DNA from: an uncultured Bacteroidaceae bacterium
GTDB taxonomy: Bacteria; CAIWAD01
Length of the DNA stretch: 64,000 nucleotides
Assembly: GCA_964568855.1 (NCBI GenBank)
Contig: CAZMSD010000015.1
Location: 15,458-79,457, forward strand
Direction: 5' to 3'
Shown here piece after piece: positions 18,063 to 26,524 of the stretch. The first letter of the stretch is position 1. Each line of letters starts with the position of its first letter. The notes beneath the pieces were generated by a model. That model was not told the DNA's origin. It saw nothing but the letters and a program-made list of their open reading frames with translations, and did not search any database. The position numbers and the translations under genes are program-made.

Positions 18063-19577
18063 TTATCGTTTTGCAGCGTCGCCCAGGACCGCCGTCAGCG
18101 CGGCGGCCAGATCGGGCAGCTCGGATTCGTCCACCGTCTTCAGGTCCACCAGCAGAGCCTCGTCCCTGACCCTGCAAACCACCGCGGGTCGGCCCAGGCG
18201 CAACCGGCGGTGCAGCTGCTCGGCGGATCCGCCCGCGGCGCCGATGCGCAGCGCGGCGCTGGGCAGGTCCTGCTCCGGCAGCGCCCCTGATCCCGTCCGG
18301 GCTACGCTGTCGACCAGCCGGAGATTCTCCTCTTCCAGGCGATCCTCCAGCAACTCCGCCAGGCGGCGGGCGCGCTTTCTGACCGCCTCGCGCGGTTCCG
18401 TCAACATCCGGAACGCGGGCAGCTCGGCGGGCCGATCGCCCGCCTCGAGGTAGACCTGGAGCACCGCCTCGAGGGCGGCCAGGGACATCTTGTCGCAGCG
18501 CAACGCGCGCATCATGGGATTGCGGGCCAGTCGACGGACGAGTTCCCGCCGGCCGAGTACGATGCCGGCCTGCGGGCCGCCAAGCAGCTTGTCGCCGCTG
18601 AAACTGACCAGGTCGGCCCCCGCCTCGAGCGAGGCCGCGACCAGCGGCTCGGGTCGCTCGACGCCCGGGAAGTCAACCAGGGCGCCGCTGCCCAGGTCGT
18701 CCAGCAGCAGGACGCCGCGCTCGCGGGACAGCTCCGCCAACTCGGCCAACGGCACCTCGCTGGTGAAGCCGACGATCTTGAAGTTCGAGCTGTGCACCCT
18801 CAGCAGCGCCGCCGTCCCGGGCGTCAGGGCTTCCGCGTAGTCCCGCAGGTGGGTCCGGTTTGTAGTTCCCACCTCGACCAGTCGGCACCCGCTGCGGCGG
18901 ACCACGTCGGGGATCCTGAAGCCGCCGCCGATCTCCACCTGCTGCCCGCGTGATACAACGACACCGCGCCGGTTGCAGAGCGTGTTGAGCATCAGGTAGA
19001 CGGCCGCGGCGTTGTTGTTGCAGACCAGCGCGTCCTCCGCGCCGGTGAGGACCTTCAGCAGACCGCGGACCCGCTCTTCCCGTCGCCCGCGCCGTCCGGA
19101 ATCCAGCTCGTATTCCAGGTCGCAATAGCCGGCCAGGACCTCGTTCAACCTCGTGCGGACCCGCTCCGGCAGCGCGGCCCGACCGAGTCCCGTGTGCAGC
19201 ACGACGCCGGAGGCATTGATCACGCGCCTCATCCGCCCCGCCGACAGCGCCTCGACCCGCGAGCAGACCAGGGCCGCCAGCGCCTCGACGGCGGCCGGCC
19301 TGCGCACGCGCCCCGCCAGGATCCTCTCCCGCCGGCCCTCGATCACGTCGCGAACGATCCGTACGAGGTAGGACCGCGCGATGCGCTGCTCGAGCCCGCG
19401 CAGCCGCGGATGCCCCAGCAGTCGATCGACTCCGGGCAGGGAACGCAGCAGTTCCTCCCGGCCCGCGGACTCGTCCCGGTTGACGGACCCGACACTTGTA
19501 TCACTGTTGCACATGCTGCGATTGGTTCTGTCTGTTGAACGGCGGCGATGTAAGTTCTGGGCCCGTTTCCCGAGCAC
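18063..19577 (-). CDS. selA: L-seryl-tRNA(Sec) selenium transferase SelA
   Basis: PLP-enzyme motifs NNNAAAVYL and FSGDKLLGGPQAG. About 500 aa. Confidence 0.9.
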   Translation of the reverse strand: MLGKRAQNLHRRRSTDRTNRSMCNSDTSVGSVNRDESAGREELLRSLPGVDRLLGHPRLRGLEQRIARSYLVRIVRDVIEGRRERILAGRVRRPAAVEALAALVCSRVEALSAGRMRRVINASGVVLHTGLGRAALPERVRTRLNEVLAGYCDLEYELDSGRRGRREERVRGLLKVLTGAEDALVCNNNAAAVYLMLNTLCNRRGVVVSRGQQVEIGGGFRIPDVVRRSGCRLVEVGTTNRTHLRDYAEALTPGTAALLRVHSSNFKIVGFTSEVPLAELAELSRERGVLLLDDLGSGALVDFPGVERPEPLVAASLEAGADLVSFSGDKLLGGPQAGIVLGRRELVRRLARNPMMRALRCDKMSLAALEAVLQVYLEAGDRPAELPAFRMLTEPREAVRKRARRLAELLEDRLEEENLRLVDSVARTGSGALPEQDLPSAALRIGAAGGSAEQLHRRLRLGRPAVVCRVRDEALLVDLKTVDESELPDLAAALTAVLGDAAKR

Positions 19578-19601
19578 GCGCGCTCAGACGAGCGCGCGCA
19601 C

Positions 19602-21167
19602 TCAGAACTGCGTTCTGAGCGCGGCCTTTACGCCGTTGAAGGGCGGCACGTTGCGGCAGTTGCCGCTGCTGCACACCAGTCCGCCGCGCTGGCGTCCGGC
19701 GAACAGCGTGATGCTGTTCCTCAGATAATCTCCCAGGCGGAAATCCCAGCGCAGTTCCGTGGAGAACATCCAGTCGCGACCCGCGCCGCTGTGCTCTTCG
19801 TAATCGGCGGTCAGGTTGAGCGAGAAGTCCCGGACCGGAAACACGTCCGTCCAGACCAGGGCCGCCAGCCCCGTGCGGACCGGATTGCGGTCCCGCTTGA
19901 ACATCACTTCGCTGCTCCATTCCATGGAACGCAGCAGGGGAACCGGTGTCGACAGGGAGGCGCCCAGGCCGCCGCGCCGCGTCCACTCCCCCGGGTCGGG
20001 CTTGGCTTCCTCGGCGTAGGCCGCGGCGAGGACCAGGTGGCGGTCGTGCTCCCCCGCGTAGTCCCAGCCGGCCGTGTATTCCTGGTAGGCCGCGTAGCGC
20101 TGCTCCATCAGGGGCAGGTATGCGCCGTCGTCGATGTGCGAAGCCCAGGCGGCGCTGAAGCTCAACTCCGGGCCGTCCTCGAAATACCGTGATACATCCA
20201 GCTGCAGCCCAACCTCGTCCTCGAAGGTGTTCTGCCTGCGCTTGCGGGCGATCAGGCGCGTGGGAATCTCCCGCTGTACGATCGGCGGATTGTTGAAGCG
20301 CGGATCACCGCCGGCAAAGCGGTAATACTTGTGCTCGAGCTGCAGGAACCAGCCGAAGAGCGGTCCGCCGAGTGTGGAGTAGGTGGCCAGCCCGCCGGCG
20401 CCGGCGTTCCGGTCGAGTTGGTCGCGCTGGTGCTGGTCAAGGTGGTTGACCGAGAACTCCACCGGTCCGGCGGCTCCCGCTACGTAGATCTCGCGATTGT
20501 CGAGTTCCAGGCGGTCCGGGGTGTCCGACTGCACCACCGCGTCCGCGCTGACCCATGACGCGCCCATCGTGACGGGCGCGGTATATACTTCGGCGTTGGC
20601 CGCCTGCAGGTTCCCGTAGTAGTCCGAGCTGCCCGCCAGAGCTTTCAGGCCCCAGGACTCGCGCAGCACTTCGACGAAAAGGCCGTCGCAGGAATTGTCC
20701 CAGGTGGTGGGCGTCTCCACCCGCGCGGGATCCAGCAGCAGCGGATTGTCGAGGGTCTCGTCGCGGTAGAGCGAGAGCGCCAGGCCGTTGCCGAAGGTGG
20801 TCCAGGCGTTGCCCAGTCGAAGCGTCACGGGCCCCCGCCATTCCAGGTAGCGCCGGATCACGGCGTCACGGCTGACTCTCAGGGCCTCGTCCGTGCGGTC
20901 GGCTGGAAACTCGGCCGGGTGATACACGGCGGCGGCGACGTTCAGCACGATGTCGTTCCAGGCCGCGTCCACGTCGAGCACGTTCTCGCGGTACACCACG
21001 TGCGCGTCGTCCCCGAACTGGGTGCGCACGCTGCCCGTTCCCAGGTTGGCCGTGTTCACGCCCGACAGGCTGATGCCTGTCGCGTCTTCCTCGGCCGGCG
21101 CCAGGGCGGCGATCAGCAGGAGCGCCGTGAGACACACGAGCCAGGACCTTGATTCGGCCGGGCTCAC
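19602..21167 (-). CDS. outer-membrane beta-barrel protein
   Basis: Signal peptide MSPAESRSWLVCLTALLLIAALAPA. Alternating amphipathic strands. Ends in a C-terminal Phe (ALRTQF) with a CSSGNC motif. Confidence 0.6.
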   Translation of the reverse strand: MSPAESRSWLVCLTALLLIAALAPAEEDATGISLSGVNTANLGTGSVRTQFGDDAHVVYRENVLDVDAAWNDIVLNVAAAVYHPAEFPADRTDEALRVSRDAVIRRYLEWRGPVTLRLGNAWTTFGNGLALSLYRDETLDNPLLLDPARVETPTTWDNSCDGLFVEVLRESWGLKALAGSSDYYGNLQAANAEVYTAPVTMGASWVSADAVVQSDTPDRLELDNREIYVAGAAGPVEFSVNHLDQHQRDQLDRNAGAGGLATYSTLGGPLFGWFLQLEHKYYRFAGGDPRFNNPPIVQREIPTRLIARKRRQNTFEDEVGLQLDVSRYFEDGPELSFSAAWASHIDDGAYLPLMEQRYAAYQEYTAGWDYAGEHDRHLVLAAAYAEEAKPDPGEWTRRGGLGASLSTPVPLLRSMEWSSEVMFKRDRNPVRTGLAALVWTDVFPVRDFSLNLTADYEEHSGAGRDWMFSTELRWDFRLGDYLRNSITLFAGRQRGGLVCSSGNCRNVPPFNGVKAALRTQF

Positions 21168-21757
21168 CCTTCCTGCTCCGGCGATTCATGCTCGGGCCCG
21201 GGCGGCTCCTCCTCCACGGGCGGGTCCGCCGCTTCTTCCGGCGGCGCGTCCTGCGGGCCGGGCGCGGCGGCCAGCATGCCGGCGAGTTTCTGCTCGAGCT
21301 CCTTTTCGTCCCCGGGACGGTATCCGCTGTGCGCGTACAGCACTTCACCGTTCCGGCCAACCACCATGGTGTAGGGGGGATTGGAGCCCTTGAGCTGTTT
21401 CATGATCCTGCCGTTGGTATCCAGCAGCACCGGGCAGTCCCAGCCCTTGCCCCTCGCATAGGGTTTGACACGCTTCTGGCTGCGCGGGCTGTCCACGGAC
21501 ACCAGGACGAGCTGCAGGTCCCGTTCGCTGAGGCGTTCGACGATCTTGAACAGGTGCGGGATCTCCTTCTTGCAGGGTTCGCAGTAGGTGGCCCAGAAGC
21601 TGATCAGCACCGGGCCCTTGGCGCAGAGATCCGCCAGCTCCACCATTTTGCCGTCGAGCGCACGGAGCTTGAAGTCGGCCTTCTCGGCGACCGCGCCTCC
21701 GGCCAGGATCAGACTCAGCGTGATACAGAACAGGACTCGTGTCACTCGATCGGCCAT
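21164..21757 (-). CDS. thioredoxin-like thiol-disulfide oxidoreductase (TlpA/ResA family)
   Basis: The WATYCEPCKKEIP CxxC motif lies in a thioredoxin-fold context. N-terminal signal or membrane anchor. Confidence 0.8.
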   Translation of the reverse strand: MADRVTRVLFCITLSLILAGGAVAEKADFKLRALDGKMVELADLCAKGPVLISFWATYCEPCKKEIPHLFKIVERLSERDLQLVLVSVDSPRSQKRVKPYARGKGWDCPVLLDTNGRIMKQLKGSNPPYTMVVGRNGEVLYAHSGYRPGDEKELEQKLAGMLAAAPGPQDAPPEEAADPPVEEEPPGPEHESPEQEG

Positions 21758-21773
21758 AGATTACATTTCCGCC

Positions 21774-22889
21774 TTATCTCAGCAGCAGCATTTTTCCGGA
21801 ACGCTCGTACCAGGGGGTTTCCACTGTGTAGTAATAGGCGCCCGAGGGCAGGCCCGAAGCATCGAAGAGCTGCTCGTGCCGGCCGGCGGCGCGCGGCGCC
21901 GTTTCCGCCGGCAGGGCCACGGTCCTGCCGCCCAGGTCCAGGACCCTGATGGTCACGGGTCCGGGAGCGGGCATTAGGTAGGGTATGTGCGTCACGGGAT
22001 TGAAAGGATTGGGCCAGTTGTCCCGCAGCTCGAAATCCGCGGCAAGCGACGGTATGGCGCTCTCCGTGGTGGCGACGACGGCCAGTTCCTGGCTCAGCGT
22101 GTCCTCGGGACAGAACTCGCGGACGAAGGCCACTTCCAGCAGGGCGCTGCCGTGGCTGCGGGTGATGACTTCCACGTCGTAGTCGCACTCGGTCTCACTG
22201 ACCAGCAGGTCCTCGCCGGAGACCATGTCGCCGAAGAAAATCGGCAGGCAGAAGATGTCGCCGCGGCAGATCTGGTAGGTCCAGTCCTCGGGCCCCTCGA
22301 GCAGCCGCAGGATCAGGGTGATGGTCTCGTCCTGGAAGCCGGGGTTGGAGGCGTGATACCAGAAGTAGGCGCTGATTCCCTCGGGCGGGAACTCGTCGGC
22401 CTCGACGCTCACCTCGGTGCTGTCGCTGAGCGTGAATTCGCTGCACTGGGCCCGGGCGACGACGGCCAGTTCCTGGCTCAGCGTGTCCTCGGGACAGAAC
22501 TCGCGGACGAAGGCCACTTCCAGCAGGGCGCTGCCGTGGCTGCGGGTGATGACTTCCACGTCGTAGTCGCACTCGGTCTCACTGACCAGCAGGTCCTCGC
22601 CGGAGACCATGTCGCCGAAGAAAATCGGCAGGCAGAAGATGTCGCCGCGGCAGATCTGGTAGGTCCAGTCCTCGGGCCCCTCGAGCAGCCGCAGGATCAG
22701 GGTGATGGTCTCGTCCTGGAAGCCGGGGTTGGAGGCGTGATACCAGAAGTAGGCGCTGATTCCCTCGGGCGGGAACTCGTCGGCCTCGACGCTCACCTCG
22801 GTGCTGTCGCTGAGCGTGAATTCGCTGCACTGGGCCCGGGCGCCGGCGACCCAGGCCAGGGCGAGGATGAGCAGGATCCTGATCTTCAT
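21774..22889 (-). CDS. Cys-rich secreted protein with T9SS type-A C-terminal domain; contains a perfect tandem duplication of a 128-aa module
   Basis: Signal peptide MKIRILLILALAWVAGARA. Two identical 128-aa repeats (AQCSEFTLSDSTEVSVEADEF...ELAVVA). C-terminal PNPFNP...YYYTVE...KMLLLR Por sorting domain. Confidence 0.8.
   Translation of the reverse strand: MKIRILLILALAWVAGARAQCSEFTLSDSTEVSVEADEFPPEGISAYFWYHASNPGFQDETITLILRLLEGPEDWTYQICRGDIFCLPIFFGDMVSGEDLLVSETECDYDVEVITRSHGSALLEVAFVREFCPEDTLSQELAVVARAQCSEFTLSDSTEVSVEADEFPPEGISAYFWYHASNPGFQDETITLILRLLEGPEDWTYQICRGDIFCLPIFFGDMVSGEDLLVSETECDYDVEVITRSHGSALLEVAFVREFCPEDTLSQELAVVATTESAIPSLAADFELRDNWPNPFNPVTHIPYLMPAPGPVTIRVLDLGGRTVALPAETAPRAAGRHEQLFDASGLPSGAYYYTVETPWYERSGKMLLLR
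22073..22840. repeat. perfect 384-bp direct tandem duplication (2 copies) inside the T9SS cargo gene
   Basis: Nucleotides 22073-22456 are identical to 22457-22840 as read. The period is an in-frame multiple of 3. Confidence 0.85.
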
Positions 22890-22954
22890 CGTTCCTCCAG
22901 TACTGTTGGATGCCCCGCAGGTTCCGCTCCCGCCGGCACCGCGACGTCGCGAGC

Positions 22955-24217
22955 CTATTCGGCCAGCAGTTCCTCGACGATCGAAACCAGCGTCTCCTGC
23001 TCGAGCTGCCCGTGCACGGAGTGGATCACGCCGCGCCGGTCGAGGATGAAGTTCGTCGGGAAGACGCTCACGCCCGCAAGTTGCGCGACGGGGGGATCCA
23101 CCGAGTCCTCCAGGAAGCGGAAATCGTACCCGGGATTTTGCGCGATCCATTCATCCAGCACGCTCGGATCGCCGGTAATGTCCGCCTGCAGCGGGTCCAG
23201 GGCCAGGATACGGAAGCCTTCTCCGTGATACTCATCGAGCACCTCCTGCAGCATGGGAATCTCCTCCAGGCAGGGAGCGCAGGTGGTGAACCAGAAATTC
23301 ACCAGGACCACCCGGCCCCGGAACTGGCGCAGCGACAATTCCTGCGCGCCCGCCTCAGGCAGGGTGAAATCCTCGAAGAGACCGCCGGCCTGGTAACTCA
23401 GCTCCCCCGGTTCCCAGGCGAAGGACAGATCCGTGTCACAGATGCTGTCGAATAGAAACGCCGCCTCGCTCGAGACGACATGGGCCGGCAGGTAGGCGGA
23501 TACGAAGTGGGCGCCCATCAGGTTGATCAGGGCGGCGGCGTCGAGCAGGCCGGTGGCCTCCTCGTCGAGGATCAGCTCGGCCTCCGCGTCGCCGAGATCG
23601 ATGCTAAGCTGCGCGTCGTCGACCTCGATCAGCATGGCCGCCTGCTGAGGATCCTCGGCGAAGGAGAAAGTCGTGTCGCCGCGAACGCACTCCGCGTTGC
23701 CCACCGCGAGTTCATTTTCGACCAGGGGCGTAAACTGAACAAGGGCCGGAGTGAGGGTGGGCAGCGCCTCGCCGTTGAGCAGCAAGGGCAGGCCATCCAG
23801 CGTATCGCCGCCGGCCAGCATGGAAATCACGGTCATGGTGAACAGGGAATCCAGCCGCGGCAGGACCTCGATGGTCAGCGAGTCGACGTCCTGCTCATAG
23901 AAGAGGAAAGGCTGCTCGCCCGGTTCGAAATAGTTGTCAGTGTCGAAGGGCAGGAAACGCAGCACGTAGCTGCTGTCCAGGGGCAGCTCGTCGATCAGGT
24001 TCCACTGAGCGCCGTCCGGAGGGTAGAACCCTGCCGGCTCCCCGTTGAGATAGATCTGTCCATCCACGGGGCTCGAATCGTAGGCATCGATGGCGCGGAC
24101 ATAGAGCGCGCCGAGTTGTTCGACTTCGACCAGCTTGTCGATGCTGCAACCGGCGACCAGCATCAGGACCGAGAGGATCGACAGCGCGCTTTTGCATGTG
24201 AAACGAGGCATGGTCAA
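22955..24217 (-). CDS. lipoprotein with a C-terminal TlpA-like thioredoxin domain
   Basis: Lipobox LMLVAGCS. C-terminal FWFTTCAPCLEEIP CxxC thioredoxin fold. 420 aa. Confidence 0.75.
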   Translation of the reverse strand: MTMPRFTCKSALSILSVLMLVAGCSIDKLVEVEQLGALYVRAIDAYDSSPVDGQIYLNGEPAGFYPPDGAQWNLIDELPLDSSYVLRFLPFDTDNYFEPGEQPFLFYEQDVDSLTIEVLPRLDSLFTMTVISMLAGGDTLDGLPLLLNGEALPTLTPALVQFTPLVENELAVGNAECVRGDTTFSFAEDPQQAAMLIEVDDAQLSIDLGDAEAELILDEEATGLLDAAALINLMGAHFVSAYLPAHVVSSEAAFLFDSICDTDLSFAWEPGELSYQAGGLFEDFTLPEAGAQELSLRQFRGRVVLVNFWFTTCAPCLEEIPMLQEVLDEYHGEGFRILALDPLQADITGDPSVLDEWIAQNPGYDFRFLEDSVDPPVAQLAGVSVFPTNFILDRRGVIHSVHGQLEQETLVSIVEELLAE

Positions 24218-24327
24218 ATAAAGTAAGGAAGCCTCGGTGCGGCGGCAAGCACGCCCAGCTTGAAGGGATGTCCATCCAGCGGCGGCGGGCGGTTGGCGAC
24301 CTATTCAGAGTCGACCGTCTGTTGACG

Positions 24328-24360
24328 AGAGAAAAGCCCCGACCACACAAGGCCGGGGCC
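24328..24360 (-). terminator. Rho-independent terminator downstream of the lipoprotein gene
   Basis: On the minus strand, a GCCCCGGCC...GGTCGGGGC hairpin is followed by TTTTCTCTC. Confidence 0.6.
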
Positions 24361-24399
24361 CTCGATGCAAACGGCTTCAGCCGCCGTAGGAGAGGAGGA

Positions 24400-25236
24400 T
24401 TACTGGCTGATTTCGCCGGTCAGCGGATCCACGTTCCAGGTGTCTCCGTCGTCGAAGACCATCACGCCGCCGCCGTCGCCGAAGGTGATCGTCACTTCAC
24501 GCTCGATGGTGATGTTGCCGCGATGCGCCAGGTAGTAGATGTGGATCGTCCCCTCGATGGGAATCCGGCGCCCGTCGCGGCGGATCACGCGCAGGTCGGT
24601 TCCCGTGAGATCCAGGCTGAAGTCGTAGGGAATCGTCCGCTGGTTGCGGTAGACTTCACCTTCGCCGGCACGATGGTGCTCGCCGTTGACCATGGCGCCC
24701 GGCACCTCGTCGTGCAGCTCGCGGATCTCCCAGTCACCGGTGCCCGCCTTCTCGCCGCTGTGCCGGCGGTTCCAGCTGCTGCCGCTGAATTCGCGGGTGA
24801 AATCAACGGCCTTGACGCTGCCGTCGCCGGGAGGAACCACGATGCAGCCGCCTTCTTCATCCATGAAGTGCACGGTCCGCGTTTCCTCCCACTCGAAGCC
24901 CGACCAGGGGCCTTCGAAGGCATGATACCAATTCAGGGTCCAGGTGCAGGTGGTGCTGTCGAAGACCGCGTCGTCCGTTCTGTCGGACTTGTCCAGCCCG
25001 TCGGGCGTGTAGCTGTCGAAGCCTCCGCCGTCCACGTGCGTGTCGATGGTGTATTCGATGGCCTCCAGCGCTCCGCCCGACTCCAGCGCGATGCTCTCGC
25101 CGATGATGGATGCCGCTTCCTCGTTCTGTTCCGCCCGGGTCACAGTGTCCTGGTCGCCGAGTGAGTTGCTTTCCTGGCTGCAGCCGATCATCAGTCCCAC
25201 GCCGAGCAGGATAGCGGGAATCATTGCGCGTGTCAT
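24400..25236 (-). CDS. hypothetical lipoprotein
   Basis: Lipobox MIPAILLGVGLMIGCSQ. 278 aa. Carries its own AT-rich upstream region and its own terminator. Confidence 0.6.
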   Translation of the reverse strand: MTRAMIPAILLGVGLMIGCSQESNSLGDQDTVTRAEQNEEAASIIGESIALESGGALEAIEYTIDTHVDGGGFDSYTPDGLDKSDRTDDAVFDSTTCTWTLNWYHAFEGPWSGFEWEETRTVHFMDEEGGCIVVPPGDGSVKAVDFTREFSGSSWNRRHSGEKAGTGDWEIRELHDEVPGAMVNGEHHRAGEGEVYRNQRTIPYDFSLDLTGTDLRVIRRDGRRIPIEGTIHIYYLAHRGNITIEREVTITFGDGGGVMVFDDGDTWNVDPLTGEISQ

Positions 25237-25399
25237 CTTGAGCCTCCTTGGTTGTCCATCAATAGATACACGACTGGAACGGAGTCATCGGAAGATTATT
25301 GCTCGGGCTTGATCGAGATCGGAAGAAAGTCCCTCGGCCAGCAGGCTGGAAGCAGTATTTGAGAGTTGCGGGGGATGCGCAGGTTAAGGAATCGCTCGC

Positions 25400-25858
25400 T
25401 CAGGCTGATTCCCTGATGCTTGGCGGGATGCTGCTGGTGAAACCCAGTTCGTCGGCCACTTTCGTCAGCTGTTCCATCAACAGACCCTGTTCCGTCTCTG
25501 AACTGTCCTCCACCAGCCGGCGGATGCGATCGATTTCGTCGGCCATCATTTCCTGCAGGAAGCTATCGCCCTCGGAAGTGAGCTTGAGCAGGCTGTAACG
25601 CCGGTCTGATCCTTCATGGCGGCTGAGGAAGCCCCGCTGAACCAGGTGCTGCACCAGCGGGCTGATGCGACCCTTCTGCAGGCCGGTGCAATCTGTCAGG
25701 GTGCTCACACAAGTGAAAGGTGAATAGCTGGTCAGGATCAGGATTTTAAGCGCGGTGGCCGGCAGGTGTTCCTGCTTTGCCAGTCCGGTAATCCTGGAGG
25801 AAACCCCACAGGTCAGCTTGAGGACCTGTTCCAGTACTTTCCATTCACGGCTGCTCAT
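25400..25858 (-). CDS. MarR-family transcriptional regulator
   Basis: 152 aa with winged-helix core ...SPFTCVSTLTDCTGLQKGRISPLVQHLVQRGFLSRHEGSDRRYSLLKLTSEG. AT-rich promoter region upstream. Confidence 0.8.
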   Translation of the reverse strand: MSSREWKVLEQVLKLTCGVSSRITGLAKQEHLPATALKILILTSYSPFTCVSTLTDCTGLQKGRISPLVQHLVQRGFLSRHEGSDRRYSLLKLTSEGDSFLQEMMADEIDRIRRLVEDSSETEQGLLMEQLTKVADELGFTSSIPPSIRESA

Positions 25859-25977
25859 GGACGACCCCTCTCCCTTACCCTTATATGATGTAGATCAGTG
25901 ATGAAAATGGCAAGGAATACTGTTAAAAAATTGATTTTGTTTGCTATTTCAACTGGTTCCGTTATGAGGTAGAAAGC

Positions 25978-26050
25978 CCCCGCTCGCCGGATCGAGTATA
26001 AAGCCCCCACTCGCATGCACGAGCGGGCCCGCTCGCCGGATCGAGTATTA
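25978..26050. repeat. 23-nt direct repeat (x2) separated by 27 nt; a 16-nt perfect palindrome spans the junction
   Basis: cccgctcgccggatcgagtat(a/t)a occurs at 25978-26000 and 26028-26050. cgagcgggcccgctcg (26020-26035) is self-complementary and can pair with either repeat copy. Confidence 0.7.
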
Positions 26051-26182
26051 GGTGAAGTCCACGCCCGTGTCGTCGAGCTGCACATCTCCGGCGGTGAAAT
26101 CGTCGATCAGGATGTCGGCTGGTGCGGGACCAGCCAGGCCGGCCGCTAAGGCCATCAAGAGAAGGATTTTCAAACGAGCCAT
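26048..26182 (-). CDS. small secreted acidic peptide (44 aa), hypothetical
   Basis: Translates MARLKILLLMALAAGLAGPAPADILIDDFTAGDVQLDDTGVDFT*. AAAAGAGG Shine-Dalgarno lies 7 nt upstream. Below the ORF-track length cutoff. Confidence 0.4.
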   Translation of the reverse strand: MARLKILLLMALAAGLAGPAPADILIDDFTAGDVQLDDTGVDFT

Positions 26183-26242
26183 GGGGGTGCCTCTTTTCTA
26201 GGGGGTACGGTGGTTGTTTGATGTCGAGTCTATTCCTGAATT

Positions 26243-26280
26243 TGTCGGAATGAAAACCGCAAGGGTTGTGCCAGATTTGG
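26243..26280 (+). promoter_or_regulatory. degenerate copy of the TGTCGGAA...GCC(A/C)GAT(A/T)TTGG box
   Basis: tgtcggaatgaaaaccgcaagggttgtgccagatttgg. Related to the boxes at 30026 and 32195. Confidence 0.35.
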
Positions 26281-26463
26281 CCAGCTTTCCTCGTCTCCTC
26301 AGCCCTGAAAAACCAGGATGTTAGTGCAAATTATTGCACTACGCTACTCTGCCCATTGGCTGAATACGCCCGATTCTGGGCAATACTGCCAGTTCTTGCA
26401 CAGGTCTGGCTCGACAGCTCGATTCGACGCGTCAACCACCCCTTGCTCCCTCGGAAAGAGAAC

Positions 26464-26493
26464 GAGTCCCCCGATCGGTTGACCGGGGGACTC
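26464..26493 (-). terminator. Rho-independent terminator after T9SS cargo paralog C
   Basis: A gagtccccc...gggggactc hairpin; on the minus strand it is followed by a T-rich tract. Confidence 0.55.
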
Positions 26494-26524
26494 GGCGTGT
26501 TCGTCCGGATCCTGATCGTTGAAC

